A DNA stretch of 37,052 bases from NCBI GenBank assembly GCA_045644865.1, contig JAZRHS010000014.1, forward strand, positions 1 through 37,052, written 5' to 3'. Under the pieces are notes generated by a model. The model made no database searches, had not been told where the DNA came from, and was given only the letters and a program-made list of their open reading frames with translations. The position numbers and the translations under genes were made by a program. Below, piece after piece: positions 28,803 to 36,754 of this stretch. Origin of the DNA: Eubacteriales bacterium (GTDB lineage: Bacteria; Bacillota; Clostridia; Oscillospirales; CAG-272). The first letter of the stretch is position 1. Each line of letters opens with the position of its first letter.

Positions 28803-30817
28803 CAGTAGCAGAGAACGCAGGCTTTTGCTTTGGCGTAAAGCGCGCCGCTGATAAGACCGAGTCGGCTATAAAGGAAAAAAGCGGGGAACGGCTGTATACT
28901 CTTGGACATCTTATCCATAATCCCACCTATAATCAAAGGCTTAAGGATAACGGTGTGGGGATTATAGAAACGAGCGAAATCGAGGATGTAGCCAAAAGCG
29001 CCACGAGCGATTCTCCTGTAAGGCTTTTCCTTCGCGCTCATGGCGTTCCTAAAGAGGTTGAGGAGCTTCTTCTGATGCTTCACAATGAAAATGAGTTTTT
29101 CAAATTTGAGGATTGCACCTGCCCGTATGTAAAGAAGATTCATAAGATAGCGGCGGAGTATTCGTCAGAGGATAATATTTTTATCCTTATGGGGTGTGAA
29201 AGCCATCCCGAGGTAGTGGGAATTCTCAGCTATTTTATGGGTGAAAAGTATGTTTTTGGTTCTCTTGAAGAGCTTGAAAAATCGGTAAAAAATGGATTTG
29301 TGGTCAATTTGCACAAAAAAACAGCTATTTTGACCGCCCAAACAACCTTTAATTTGGTGGAGTGGGAAAAAACACAAAAAGTTTTCAAAAACCTATGTAC
29401 AAATCCGATAATTTTTGATACAATATGTAATGTTACGGAAAAAAGACAGCTTGAGGCTGCCGCGCTTTCCGACAGGTGCGATGTGATGATCGTTATAGGC
29501 GGAAGAGAAAGCTCAAATACCGCCAAGCTTGCAGAAATCTGCAAGGAACGGTGCAGTAACACCTATTGGGTAGAAACAGCGGCGGAGCTTGATGACTTTT
29601 TGCCGAACGCCCACGAATCTGTGGGAATTGTCGCAGGCGCTTCAACACCTGACGACATAATAGAGGAGGTAAACAAAAAAATGAGCGAACACGAAAATTT
29701 TGCGCAAATGCTCGAGGAATCTTTCAAAACTTTAAATACAGGAGACACCGTTACCGGAATAGTAACTAAGGTTACAGACACCGATCTGCAGCTTGACCTT
29801 GGAACCAAGGTTACAGGCGTGATCAAGGCCGAGAAGATAACAGATGATTCTTCTGTTAAGCTTTCCCAGATGTTCAAGATCGGTGATGAAGTTGAAGCTT
29901 TCGTTATCCGTGTGAGCGACATCGAGGGCGTTGCTGAGCTTGATAAGAGACGCGTTGACTCTAACAAGAACTGGGTCAAGATCGTTGAGGCTTACAACAA
30001 CGGCGATATCCTTGAGGGTAAGGTAACAAAGGCAGTAAAGGGCGGAGTAGTAGCAGTTGTTGATGCTGTTGAGATCTTCGTTCCCGCATCTCAGACAGGC
30101 GTTTCCAAGGACGGCGATCTTGCTGTGCTTGTTGGAACAAATGTAAAGCTTAAGGTTATTGAGATCAAGGAATACAACAAGAGAGCAGTAGGCTCTATCC
30201 GTGTTGTGCTTCGTGAGGAGCGCAAGGCACAGGAAGCAGAGTTCTGGGCTAATATCGAAGAGGGCAAGCAGTTCACAGGTAAGGTTAAGAGCATGACAAG
30301 CTACGGCGCGTTTGTTGATCTTGGCGGCGTGGATGGAATGGTTCACGCTACAGAGCTTTCCTGGAAGCACATCAAGAGCCCCGCTGAGGTAGTTGCAATC
30401 GGCGACGAGATCACAGTATTTGTAAAGAGCTTCGATGCTGAGAAGAAGAGAATTTCTCTTGGCTACAAGACAGACGCTACAAATCCTTGGCTCATCTTCA
30501 AGAATACATACAATGTAGGCGATGTTGTGGCTGTTAAGATCGTAAATATGATGCCCTTCGGCGCATTCGCAGAAATCATCGATGGCGTAGACGGTCTTAT
30601 TCATATTTCTCAGATCGCGCAGACAAGAATTGCAAAGCCTGCTGATGTTCTTGAACTTGGTCAGACTGTTGATGCAAAGATCACAGAGATTGATGACGAG
30701 AAGCAGAAGGTAAGCCTTTCTATCAGAGTGCTTCTTGATGAGGCGCAGGCAGATGCAGAGGCTATGCCCGAGGCAGAGGAAGCTGTTGAAGAAGCAGCGG
30801 CAGAGGATGCTGAGTAA
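28790..30817 (+). CDS. ispH-rpsA: Bifunctional IspH (HMBPP reductase) / 30S ribosomal protein S1 fusion
   Basis: GFCFGV, LIHN, RAHG, TCPYV, HPEV, QTT, DTIC, SSNT, AGASTP, then four S1 repeats (YGAFVDLGGVDG, FGAFAEI..GVDGLIHISQ). Confidence 0.96.
   Translation: MPKVTVAENAGFCFGVKRAADKTESAIKEKSGERLYTLGHLIHNPTYNQRLKDNGVGIIETSEIEDVAKSATSDSPVRLFLRAHGVPKEVEELLLMLHNENEFFKFEDCTCPYVKKIHKIAAEYSSEDNIFILMGCESHPEVVGILSYFMGEKYVFGSLEELEKSVKNGFVVNLHKKTAILTAQTTFNLVEWEKTQKVFKNLCTNPIIFDTICNVTEKRQLEAAALSDRCDVMIVIGGRESSNTAKLAEICKERCSNTYWVETAAELDDFLPNAHESVGIVAGASTPDDIIEEVNKKMSEHENFAQMLEESFKTLNTGDTVTGIVTKVTDTDLQLDLGTKVTGVIKAEKITDDSSVKLSQMFKIGDEVEAFVIRVSDIEGVAELDKRRVDSNKNWVKIVEAYNNGDILEGKVTKAVKGGVVAVVDAVEIFVPASQTGVSKDGDLAVLVGTNVKLKVIEIKEYNKRAVGSIRVVLREERKAQEAEFWANIEEGKQFTGKVKSMTSYGAFVDLGGVDGMVHATELSWKHIKSPAEVVAIGDEITVFVKSFDAEKKRISLGYKTDATNPWLIFKNTYNVGDVVAVKIVNMMPFGAFAEIIDGVDGLIHISQIAQTRIAKPADVLELGQTVDAKITEIDDEKQKVSLSIRVLLDEAQADAEAMPEAEEAVEEAAAEDAE
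29396..29424 (+). promoter_or_regulatory. Candidate internal promoter inside ispH for the S1 moiety
   Basis: TGTACA-17bp-TACAAT with TGn; A-tracts immediately upstream. Confidence 0.5.
29663..29683 (+). promoter_or_regulatory. Internal RBS and in-frame ATG at the IspH/S1 junction
   Basis: GAGGAGGT-AAACAAAAAA-ATG; ATG 29681 is codon 298 of the fusion. Confidence 0.7.
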
Positions 30818-30828
30818 TTTTTGAAATC

Positions 30829-30853
30829 AGGGGTTGCTGCTTTGGCAACCCCT
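30829..30853 (+). terminator. Hairpin after rpsA moiety
   Basis: AGGGGTTGCT-GCTTT-GGCAACCCCT; weak T-tail, readthrough possible. Confidence 0.6.
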
Positions 30854-30879
30854 TAATTACCTTAATTACGGAGAAGGAT

Positions 30880-31428
30880 ATGTTTGAGGATATTCGTAAA
30901 AACGCGAGAATCGCGATAAATGAACTTGTAGAAATAGCAGGACTTGGTGAGGGAGATGTTGTTGTTATCGGCTGCTCGTCGTCCGAGATAGTAGGTGGAA
31001 AAATCGGAAAGAACTCCAGCATAGAGGCGGCAGAGGCGGTATTTGAGGAGATATACCCTGTTCTTTGCGAGAAGGGAATACATCTTGCGGCACAGTGCTG
31101 TGAGCATCTTAACCGAGCTATCATAATTGAAAGAGCGGTTGCTGAAAAAAGAGGCTATGAGCTTGTAGCGGTGATTCCCCAGCCCAAGGCGGGGGGCTCG
31201 TTTGCCACAACTGCGTATAATCGCTTCAGCGATCCTGTGGCCGTTGAGGAGATACGCGCCGAGGCGGGAATTGATATAGGCGGAACGCTTATAGGTATGC
31301 ATTTGAAGCGTGTTGCCGTTCCCGTAAGACTTTCGGTAAAGACTATTGGTGAAGCAAACATTCTCTGTGCAAGAACACGCCCGAAATTTATCGGCGGTTC
31401 GAGAGCATTGTATCCTGAAAATCTGTAA
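30880..31428 (+). CDS. UPF0340 / TIGR01440 (YwlG-like) protein
   Basis: IGCSSSE, QCCEHLNRA, P..AGGS, GIDIGGTLIGMHLK.VAVP, RTRPK.IGG.RA.Y. Confidence 0.9.
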   Translation: MFEDIRKNARIAINELVEIAGLGEGDVVVIGCSSSEIVGGKIGKNSSIEAAEAVFEEIYPVLCEKGIHLAAQCCEHLNRAIIIERAVAEKRGYELVAVIPQPKAGGSFATTAYNRFSDPVAVEEIRAEAGIDIGGTLIGMHLKRVAVPVRLSVKTIGEANILCARTRPKFIGGSRALYPENL

Positions 31429-31467
31429 AATCACAGCCGCGCGAGTCCCGCGCGGCTGTGATTTTTT
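31427..31467 (+). terminator. Intrinsic terminator
   Basis: AAAATCACAGCCGCGCG-AGTCC-CGCGCGGCTGTGATTTTTT. Confidence 0.92.
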
Positions 31468-31516
31468 GTCGTAAATTCATATGTAAAAAACTTTGAATAA
31501 TTTGTTAAAAAAACTA

Positions 31517-31545
31517 TTGACATTTTCAGGTGAAAGTGCTATTAT
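31517..31545 (+). promoter_or_regulatory. SigmaA promoter for the antiporter
   Basis: TTGACA-17bp-TATTAT with TGn. Confidence 0.75.
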
Positions 31546-31624
31546 ATATGTGTTTGCGCGGAAAAGACTTCTGCACGGCATATTTTATATTTAACAGTCG
31601 CTTTGGCGGCTTGAAAGGATTTTT

Positions 31625-32929
31625 ATGGATATTTTACTTAGTATAGCGATCGCGCTTTTTGCGGGTCTGCTTATGACAAGAGTAATCAAGCCCTTTGGAC
31701 TTCCTGCTGTAACAGGTTATCTTATCGGCGGCGTGCTTATCGGACCCTTTTGTCTTGGACTTTTGGGTAACGCCCTTGGAATAACGGGCCTTGGCTTTAC
31801 TTCTCTTGAGTATGTTGGAACATTTGGTGTTATTTCCGATGTTGCTCTTGGCTTTATTGCCTTTTCTATCGGTAATGAGTTCAGACTTTCTCAGCTTAAG
31901 AAAATAGGAAAGCAGGCAACTGTTATTGCAATTTTTCAGGCTGTAACCGCTACTGTTCTCGTTGACATAGCTCTTATTGCTCTCAGCCTTGTTATAGGTC
32001 AGGATAAGCTTCCTATAAGCGCAGCAATAACCCTTGGTGCTATTGCAACCGCAACTGCGCCTGCCGCAACGCTTATGGTCGTTCGTCAGTATAAGGCAAA
32101 GGGTAAGCTTACCGATATTCTTCTTCCCATAGTTGCTCTTGATGACGCTGTCGGACTTGTTGTTTTCGCGGTTTCATTTGGCGTTGCAAAGGGTATGATA
32201 AGCGGAAAAGCAGATATTTTCTCTATCGTTCTTAATCCTATTATAGAAATTGTTGCTTCACTTGTGCTTGGCGCTCTTATGGGATTCCTTCTTTCACAGG
32301 CAGAAAAGTATTTCCATTCGCGCAGCAAGCGTTTGTCTGTTTCGGTTACCGCTGTAATTCTTACTGTGGCAATTACTATGCTTAAGTTTAATATCGGTCA
32401 TATACATATCGGCTTCTCGCCCCTTCTTACCTGTATGATGCTTGGAACGATCTTCTGTAACTTTTGCGAATCCTCTGAGGAGCTTATGGACAGAGTTGAC
32501 AGATGGACGACACCCTTGTTCATTCTTTTCTTCGTTATAAGCGGTGCGGAGCTTGAGCTTAATGTCTTCCTTGACCTTGCTATAGTTGGTATCGGACTTG
32601 TTTATATTATCTTCCGTTCCTTAGGCAAGTATTTCGGCTCTTACGCAAGCGCGAAGGCTGTCAAGTGCGATGACAACATTGTTAAGTATCTTGGTATCAC
32701 ACTTCTTCCTCAGGCAGGCGTTGCACTTGGAATGTCTGTTACGGCGCAGCAGCTTGGCGCATACGAGGGCGGTCTTGTAAGAAATATAGTTCTTTTCTCG
32801 GTTCTTATTTATGAGCTTGTAGGACCTATGCTTACCAAGTGGTCGCTTACCAAGGCGGGCGAAATTATTCCCGAGCACAGAAAATCCTCTAAGGTCATCA
32901 ATGCTGACAGACGAGAGGAAAATCAATAA
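31625..32929 (+). CDS. Cation:proton antiporter (CPA2 family)
   Basis: Many TM helices; LPAVTGYL..G..IGP, IAFSIGNEF, ATAPAAT, VALDDA, FFVISGA, PQAGVALG. Confidence 0.92.
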   Translation: MDILLSIAIALFAGLLMTRVIKPFGLPAVTGYLIGGVLIGPFCLGLLGNALGITGLGFTSLEYVGTFGVISDVALGFIAFSIGNEFRLSQLKKIGKQATVIAIFQAVTATVLVDIALIALSLVIGQDKLPISAAITLGAIATATAPAATLMVVRQYKAKGKLTDILLPIVALDDAVGLVVFAVSFGVAKGMISGKADIFSIVLNPIIEIVASLVLGALMGFLLSQAEKYFHSRSKRLSVSVTAVILTVAITMLKFNIGHIHIGFSPLLTCMMLGTIFCNFCESSEELMDRVDRWTTPLFILFFVISGAELELNVFLDLAIVGIGLVYIIFRSLGKYFGSYASAKAVKCDDNIVKYLGITLLPQAGVALGMSVTAQQLGAYEGGLVRNIVLFSVLIYELVGPMLTKWSLTKAGEIIPEHRKSSKVINADRREENQ

Positions 32930-32933
32930 TAAC

Positions 32934-32971
32934 AAATGTGCGTTCTGCATTTTTGCAGGGCGCACATTTTT
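32934..32971 (+). terminator. Terminator abutting the next -35
   Basis: AAATGTGCGTTCTGCA-TTTT-TGCAGGGCGCACATTTTT with GU pairs. Confidence 0.8.
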
Positions 32972-32972
32972 G

Positions 32973-33001
32973 TTGACAAGAGAAGGATTGTGTGCTATAA
33001 T
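32973..33001 (+). promoter_or_regulatory. Consensus sigmaA promoter, lipoprotein 1
   Basis: TTGACA-17bp-TATAAT with TGn. Confidence 0.85.
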
Positions 33002-33032
33002 AAATTGACAGAGAACTATTGCGGAGGCATTT

Positions 33033-34019
33033 ATGAGGCTTAAATCGATTCTTGTGTTTTTTGTGATATTAGGTGCGATATTGCTCCTTGTTTCTTGCGG
33101 AAACGCCGACGAAACAATGCCTGCGGATAATACGGCAACCCAGCCCGCGGAGGATTTGCCTGTAGAAACCGATTCCGACCATACACACAAATACAGAATT
33201 ACAAATATTATTAAAAGCACCTGCCTTGAGGAAGGGTATGAGGTTTATAGCTGTGAATGCGGACTTTCGTATAAAAACCTGATTCCCGTTGCCCATAGCT
33301 ATAGATCGGTTAAAAGTACAGACGGTAAGTATACAAAAAAACAATGCTCTGTTTGCGGGGATTATAAAATAACAAGAAATCAAAGCTATATTTATAACAT
33401 CACCTTTGATGGCTACGATCAGCCTGCCGATGCGGTCAATGATCAGAAAAACGCAACATTTTATACCGCCAATAAGGCTGACGGAAGCTCGGGCTATGTA
33501 AAGATAAACAACGAGCTTGAAGAGGGTTTTTTGTATATCAGCGAGTGTAATTTCTGTGTTTGGGACGATACAAAAACAATTACAAGCAAGAAGTTTGTTG
33601 CTTCTATGGATGTAATGTTTGAACATTATGCCGATGTTACCTTGAATCTTTTTTCGGTATCCTACCGTGATTCAAGGGGAAGGGAAACCTATAATGACGG
33701 ACTTCTTAAAGTTGCATCTGACGGTTCGGTTTATGTAAGCGGAAGCAGCGAACCTTTTTCGGTAAGGCTTAAAACAAAGGGCTATAATAATATTGCTATT
33801 GTTTTTGATCCGATTGCAGGTCTTGCCGATGTTTATATTAACGAAAAGCTTGAGAGAAGCAATGTTAAATATATCGAAATGCCTTCGGATATCAGTAAGT
33901 CGTATATCAGATATTTTGACCGTAAGACGGGTTTTTCGGCGCAGGCGGATAATCTTAAGGTGTATGTTGCCGATACTCCCGAATTTATAGTTCCTGACGG
34001 AATTTCTTTCCCCAAGTGA
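33033..34019 (+). CDS. Cys/His-repeat lipoprotein 1 with putative ConA/LamG-like domain
   Basis: GGAGG RBS; lipobox LVSC; HxH..TC..G..CECG and H..CSVCG; beta-rich C-terminal domain (fold inferred). Confidence 0.75.
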   Translation: MRLKSILVFFVILGAILLLVSCGNADETMPADNTATQPAEDLPVETDSDHTHKYRITNIIKSTCLEEGYEVYSCECGLSYKNLIPVAHSYRSVKSTDGKYTKKQCSVCGDYKITRNQSYIYNITFDGYDQPADAVNDQKNATFYTANKADGSSGYVKINNELEEGFLYISECNFCVWDDTKTITSKKFVASMDVMFEHYADVTLNLFSVSYRDSRGRETYNDGLLKVASDGSVYVSGSSEPFSVRLKTKGYNNIAIVFDPIAGLADVYINEKLERSNVKYIEMPSDISKSYIRYFDRKTGFSAQADNLKVYVADTPEFIVPDGISFPK

Positions 34020-34026
34020 ATATGTT

Positions 34027-34060
34027 GAGAGGTCGGAAAATTATTGTCTGACCTCTTTTT
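34027..34060 (+). terminator. Intrinsic terminator
   Basis: GAGAGGTCGGA..TCTGACCTCTTTTT. Confidence 0.75.
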
Positions 34061-34133
34061 GTTGATAATCACCAAAAGGTGCTTTGATAAATTGTTTTTG
34101 TATACAAAGTTGGTGTAACAGGGGAAATCCTTG

Positions 34134-34162
34134 TTGACAAAAGCGGCTTATTATGGTAAAAT
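34134..34162 (+). promoter_or_regulatory. SigmaA promoter, lipoprotein 2
   Basis: TTGACA-17bp-TAAAAT with TGn. Confidence 0.8.
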
Positions 34163-34202
34163 ACATTATAAACCTTTAACTGAATTAGGAGGATCCTAAA
34201 AA

Positions 34203-35294
34203 ATGAAAAAGCTTATATTGGCTCTTCTCGTGCTTGTGCTTGCGCTTTCGCTTTTTGCTTGCGGCACGCCCGATGAAACAACAAATCCTGACGATACTAC
34301 TGTCCCTTCGACCGGTGGACATGTTCACAATTATGAAGTAAAGACAATTGTTGCGCCTACCTGCACATCTCTTGGAAGAGGTATAAAGCAGTGTGCTTGC
34401 GGAGAAAAGCTTTCGGATAATGAAGTGGCGATTCCTTTTGCTGCACATCAGGCTAATGAAATAACCTGCACAGAGGATTCTGTGTGCAAGATTTGCGGTG
34501 AGGTCCTTTTCGAAAAATACGGTCATAATTTCGTTGAAACCGTTGTTACAGCGGTAACCTGTACCACAGACGGAAAAAGCGCAACCAAGTGCAGCCGTTG
34601 CGGCATAGCAGGTGATTCTATTGTGGTTCCCGCAGGTCATGATTATGATATGGTTGCTCTTTCAATTACCGCCGATGATGTTTCCGCGCCTTGTAAGCGA
34701 TGCGGAAAAACAATTTCTTTCTTTGACGAAGGGCTGGCGCTTGAGATTCCGTTTGACAGTGAAACCGATTTCAAGAATCTTGCGGTAGACGGATTTAGTG
34801 TAGATAAGAAAGACTGTAATCCTAAATTTGAGGGCGGAGCAATTCAGCCTAACGGTGCGCTCTTTATTGGATATGATACAGAGTTTGTTACATCAATGTC
34901 TAAGTTTATACTCAGCTTTGACTTTAAGCTTGCCGATCAGGGACAGACTCACCGAGGAGAGTCTATATTCACATTCTTGGCAGCTCCTAATTATTACTGC
35001 TTTGTGAAATTCTTCCAGGCTGAAGGTGTGATTTCTACTGTACAGTCAAACTTCACTATTGCTAACAGTTATCCTGTAGTACAGGGCAACTGGTATAACT
35101 TTACGGCTGTCGTTGATGTAAATGAAAAAATTGCAAATGTATATATTGACGGCACAAGTATCGGTACGATGCCATTCCCCGACCACTACAGCGAAACTCT
35201 CAGTAACTTCAGAATCAGATTCTATGATATAATGCCTGTTAACGGAACCTCTAATCCTTATTTTGATAATTTCAGGCTGGCAGAAATTAAGTAA
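34203..35294 (+). CDS. Cys/His-repeat lipoprotein 2 with putative ConA/LamG-like domain
   Basis: AGGAGG RBS; lipobox LFAC; four Cys/His units; GNWYNFTAVVD..VYIDG..YFDNFRL pattern typical of LamG-like folds. Confidence 0.78.
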   Translation: MKKLILALLVLVLALSLFACGTPDETTNPDDTTVPSTGGHVHNYEVKTIVAPTCTSLGRGIKQCACGEKLSDNEVAIPFAAHQANEITCTEDSVCKICGEVLFEKYGHNFVETVVTAVTCTTDGKSATKCSRCGIAGDSIVVPAGHDYDMVALSITADDVSAPCKRCGKTISFFDEGLALEIPFDSETDFKNLAVDGFSVDKKDCNPKFEGGAIQPNGALFIGYDTEFVTSMSKFILSFDFKLADQGQTHRGESIFTFLAAPNYYCFVKFFQAEGVISTVQSNFTIANSYPVVQGNWYNFTAVVDVNEKIANVYIDGTSIGTMPFPDHYSETLSNFRIRFYDIMPVNGTSNPYFDNFRLAEIK

Positions 35295-35313
35295 TTATTG
35301 CAATACATAATCC

Positions 35314-35346
35314 AAATATGACGCCCCCAATGGGGCGTCATATTTT
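35314..35346 (+). terminator. Intrinsic terminator
   Basis: AAATATGACGCCCC-CAAT-GGGGCGTCATATTTT. Confidence 0.88.
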
Positions 35347-35445
35347 GTGTTGATTTTTATGGTCAAATCGCCATATATTGAGTGTTTGAATTTGTGTAGA
35401 TTTAACAAGGTTTACAAAATATAGGTTGTCTTTTACGATAATCTA

Positions 35446-35473
35446 TTGACAAAAAAAGATTTTATGATATAAT
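35446..35473 (+). promoter_or_regulatory. SigmaA promoter, lipoprotein 3
   Basis: TTGACA-16bp-TATAAT with TGn. Confidence 0.8.
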
Positions 35474-35560
35474 AATACCAAAGATGCTTTAGTAGAACAA
35501 GCTATATTTGTGCTTGTTTATAATAAGGCAAAATATTTCATTTATTTCGGAGGAAGACTT

Positions 35561-36586
35561 ATGAAATTTACAAAGATTATTGCGCTTGCTCTTGCACTTG
35601 TGATGCTTGTGTGCGCAGTTGCAGCGTGCGGCGGTCCTGATGACACAACACCCGCAGACACTAAGCCCGTTGATAACACAACCCCTGCAGACACTAAGCC
35701 TGCTGATACAGAGCCCGCTAACGATTGCCCCCACACCCGTAAAATGGAGCTTCCCAATAAGCATGTTGATCCTACATGTACTACAGACGGTAGGGATGTT
35801 GCGCAGTGCCGTTCCTGTAAGGAAGAGATTATCACCGTTATTCCTGCAAGCCACAAGTATTCTCCTCTTATGAGCGTAGATGGCGCATATACAAAGCATA
35901 TCTGTACTGTTTGTGCTGATGTATATGTTGTGGATGCAGATGGTGCAAAGGTAGAAGATTATTCAGCAATCGAATTCCCCATTTTCCTTGCTTCCTTTAA
36001 CGATATTACATCTATTAAGCAGATCGCAGACAAGTTTGACGGCTTCTCCTACAAGGATGATTTTGCAGCTAATGTTGTTAACTACCAAGATGAAGTAGAG
36101 TCTATTTCCTATGTTAATGTTCCTACAGGAACAAGCATTCAGAACCCCAACGGTTATTTCGAAATCAACGATGACAATAACCAGTTCGCAGAGAAGGAGT
36201 TTACTGTTTCCTTCTTGGCAGAGTTTGAGGAGTATCCTCTTACAGGTTACCTCAATCTTCTTACTTGGGGTATCGGTGGAGAAGAGTATGTTCTTATAAA
36301 GATCGACGGTGTTGGTAATGTATATGTTATCGGCAACGATAAGGCTGTTGCTACATATCTTGATAAGGGTTGGGACGAGCTTGTTGTTACTGTTAATCCC
36401 GAAACAGGAGATGTTAAGGTTACCTTTACAGCTGATATGCTTGATAAGGATGCAAAGGTATCTACCGGTACAGGTAAGCTTGGTACTTCTGTAACAGGTA
36501 AGACAGGTTCTTACTTGAGATTCTTTGATGATGAGGGTCAGTTCGAGGCAGGAATCGATGAGATTCTCTTCTCGGTTGCAAAGTAA
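35561..36586 (+). CDS. Cys/His-repeat lipoprotein 3 with putative ConA/LamG-like domain
   Basis: GGAGG RBS before ATG 35561; lipobox VAAC; Thr/Pro/Asp linker; CPH..TC..G..CRSC and H..CTVC. Confidence 0.78.
   Translation: MKFTKIIALALALVMLVCAVAACGGPDDTTPADTKPVDNTTPADTKPADTEPANDCPHTRKMELPNKHVDPTCTTDGRDVAQCRSCKEEIITVIPASHKYSPLMSVDGAYTKHICTVCADVYVVDADGAKVEDYSAIEFPIFLASFNDITSIKQIADKFDGFSYKDDFAANVVNYQDEVESISYVNVPTGTSIQNPNGYFEINDDNNQFAEKEFTVSFLAEFEEYPLTGYLNLLTWGIGGEEYVLIKIDGVGNVYVIGNDKAVATYLDKGWDELVVTVNPETGDVKVTFTADMLDKDAKVSTGTGKLGTSVTGKTGSYLRFFDDEGQFEAGIDEILFSVAK
35643..35700 (+). repeat. 33-bp-period in-frame direct repeat in the linker
   Basis: acacaacacccgcagacactaagcc / acacaacccctgcagacactaagcc, each encoding TTPADTKP. 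Confidence 0.85.
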
Positions 36587-36600
36587 TTTAATTGAAATTC

Positions 36601-36630
36601 GAACGCCGCGCATTGCGCGGCGTTCTTTTT
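36601..36630 (+). terminator. Intrinsic terminator
   Basis: GAACGCCGCGCA-T-TGCGCGGCGTTC-TTTTT. Confidence 0.92.
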
Positions 36631-36659
36631 GTGCGATAGCAGCAATATTTTTTAATAAT

Positions 36660-36677
36660 TTGCGAAAAAATTAACAA
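36660..36677. promoter_or_regulatory. Rex-like operator upstream of pgk
   Basis: TTGCGAA-AAAA-TTAACAA versus clostridial Rex consensus TTGTTAA-N4-TTAACAA (12 of 14). Confidence 0.45.
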
Positions 36678-36684
36678 ATAGGTA

Positions 36685-36713
36685 TTGATAAAATTTAACA
36701 TTTGTGGTATAGT
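36685..36713 (+). promoter_or_regulatory. SigmaA promoter for pgk
   Basis: TTGATA-17bp-TATAGT with TGn. Confidence 0.65.
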
Positions 36714-36754
36714 AATAATTGGTGTAAAAATATTATGAAAGGTGGACATGTAAA

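Noticed and set aside
28361-29143. 260-aa antisense ORF over plsC/ispH
   Set aside because: Fully overlaps two well-supported genes; no protein motif
29732-30604. 290-aa antisense ORF opposite the S1 moiety
   Set aside because: Typical shadow of a codon-biased gene; no RBS or recognisable motif
35643-35700. Direct repeat as possible CRISPR
   Set aside because: Two imperfect in-frame coding copies, no spacer, no cas genes
33033-36586. Multiheme cytochrome reading of CxxC motifs
   Set aside because: Motifs are CxxCG/K/A, never CxxCH
35963-36613. 216-aa antisense ORF over lipoprotein 3
   Set aside because: Shadow frame beginning inside a terminator
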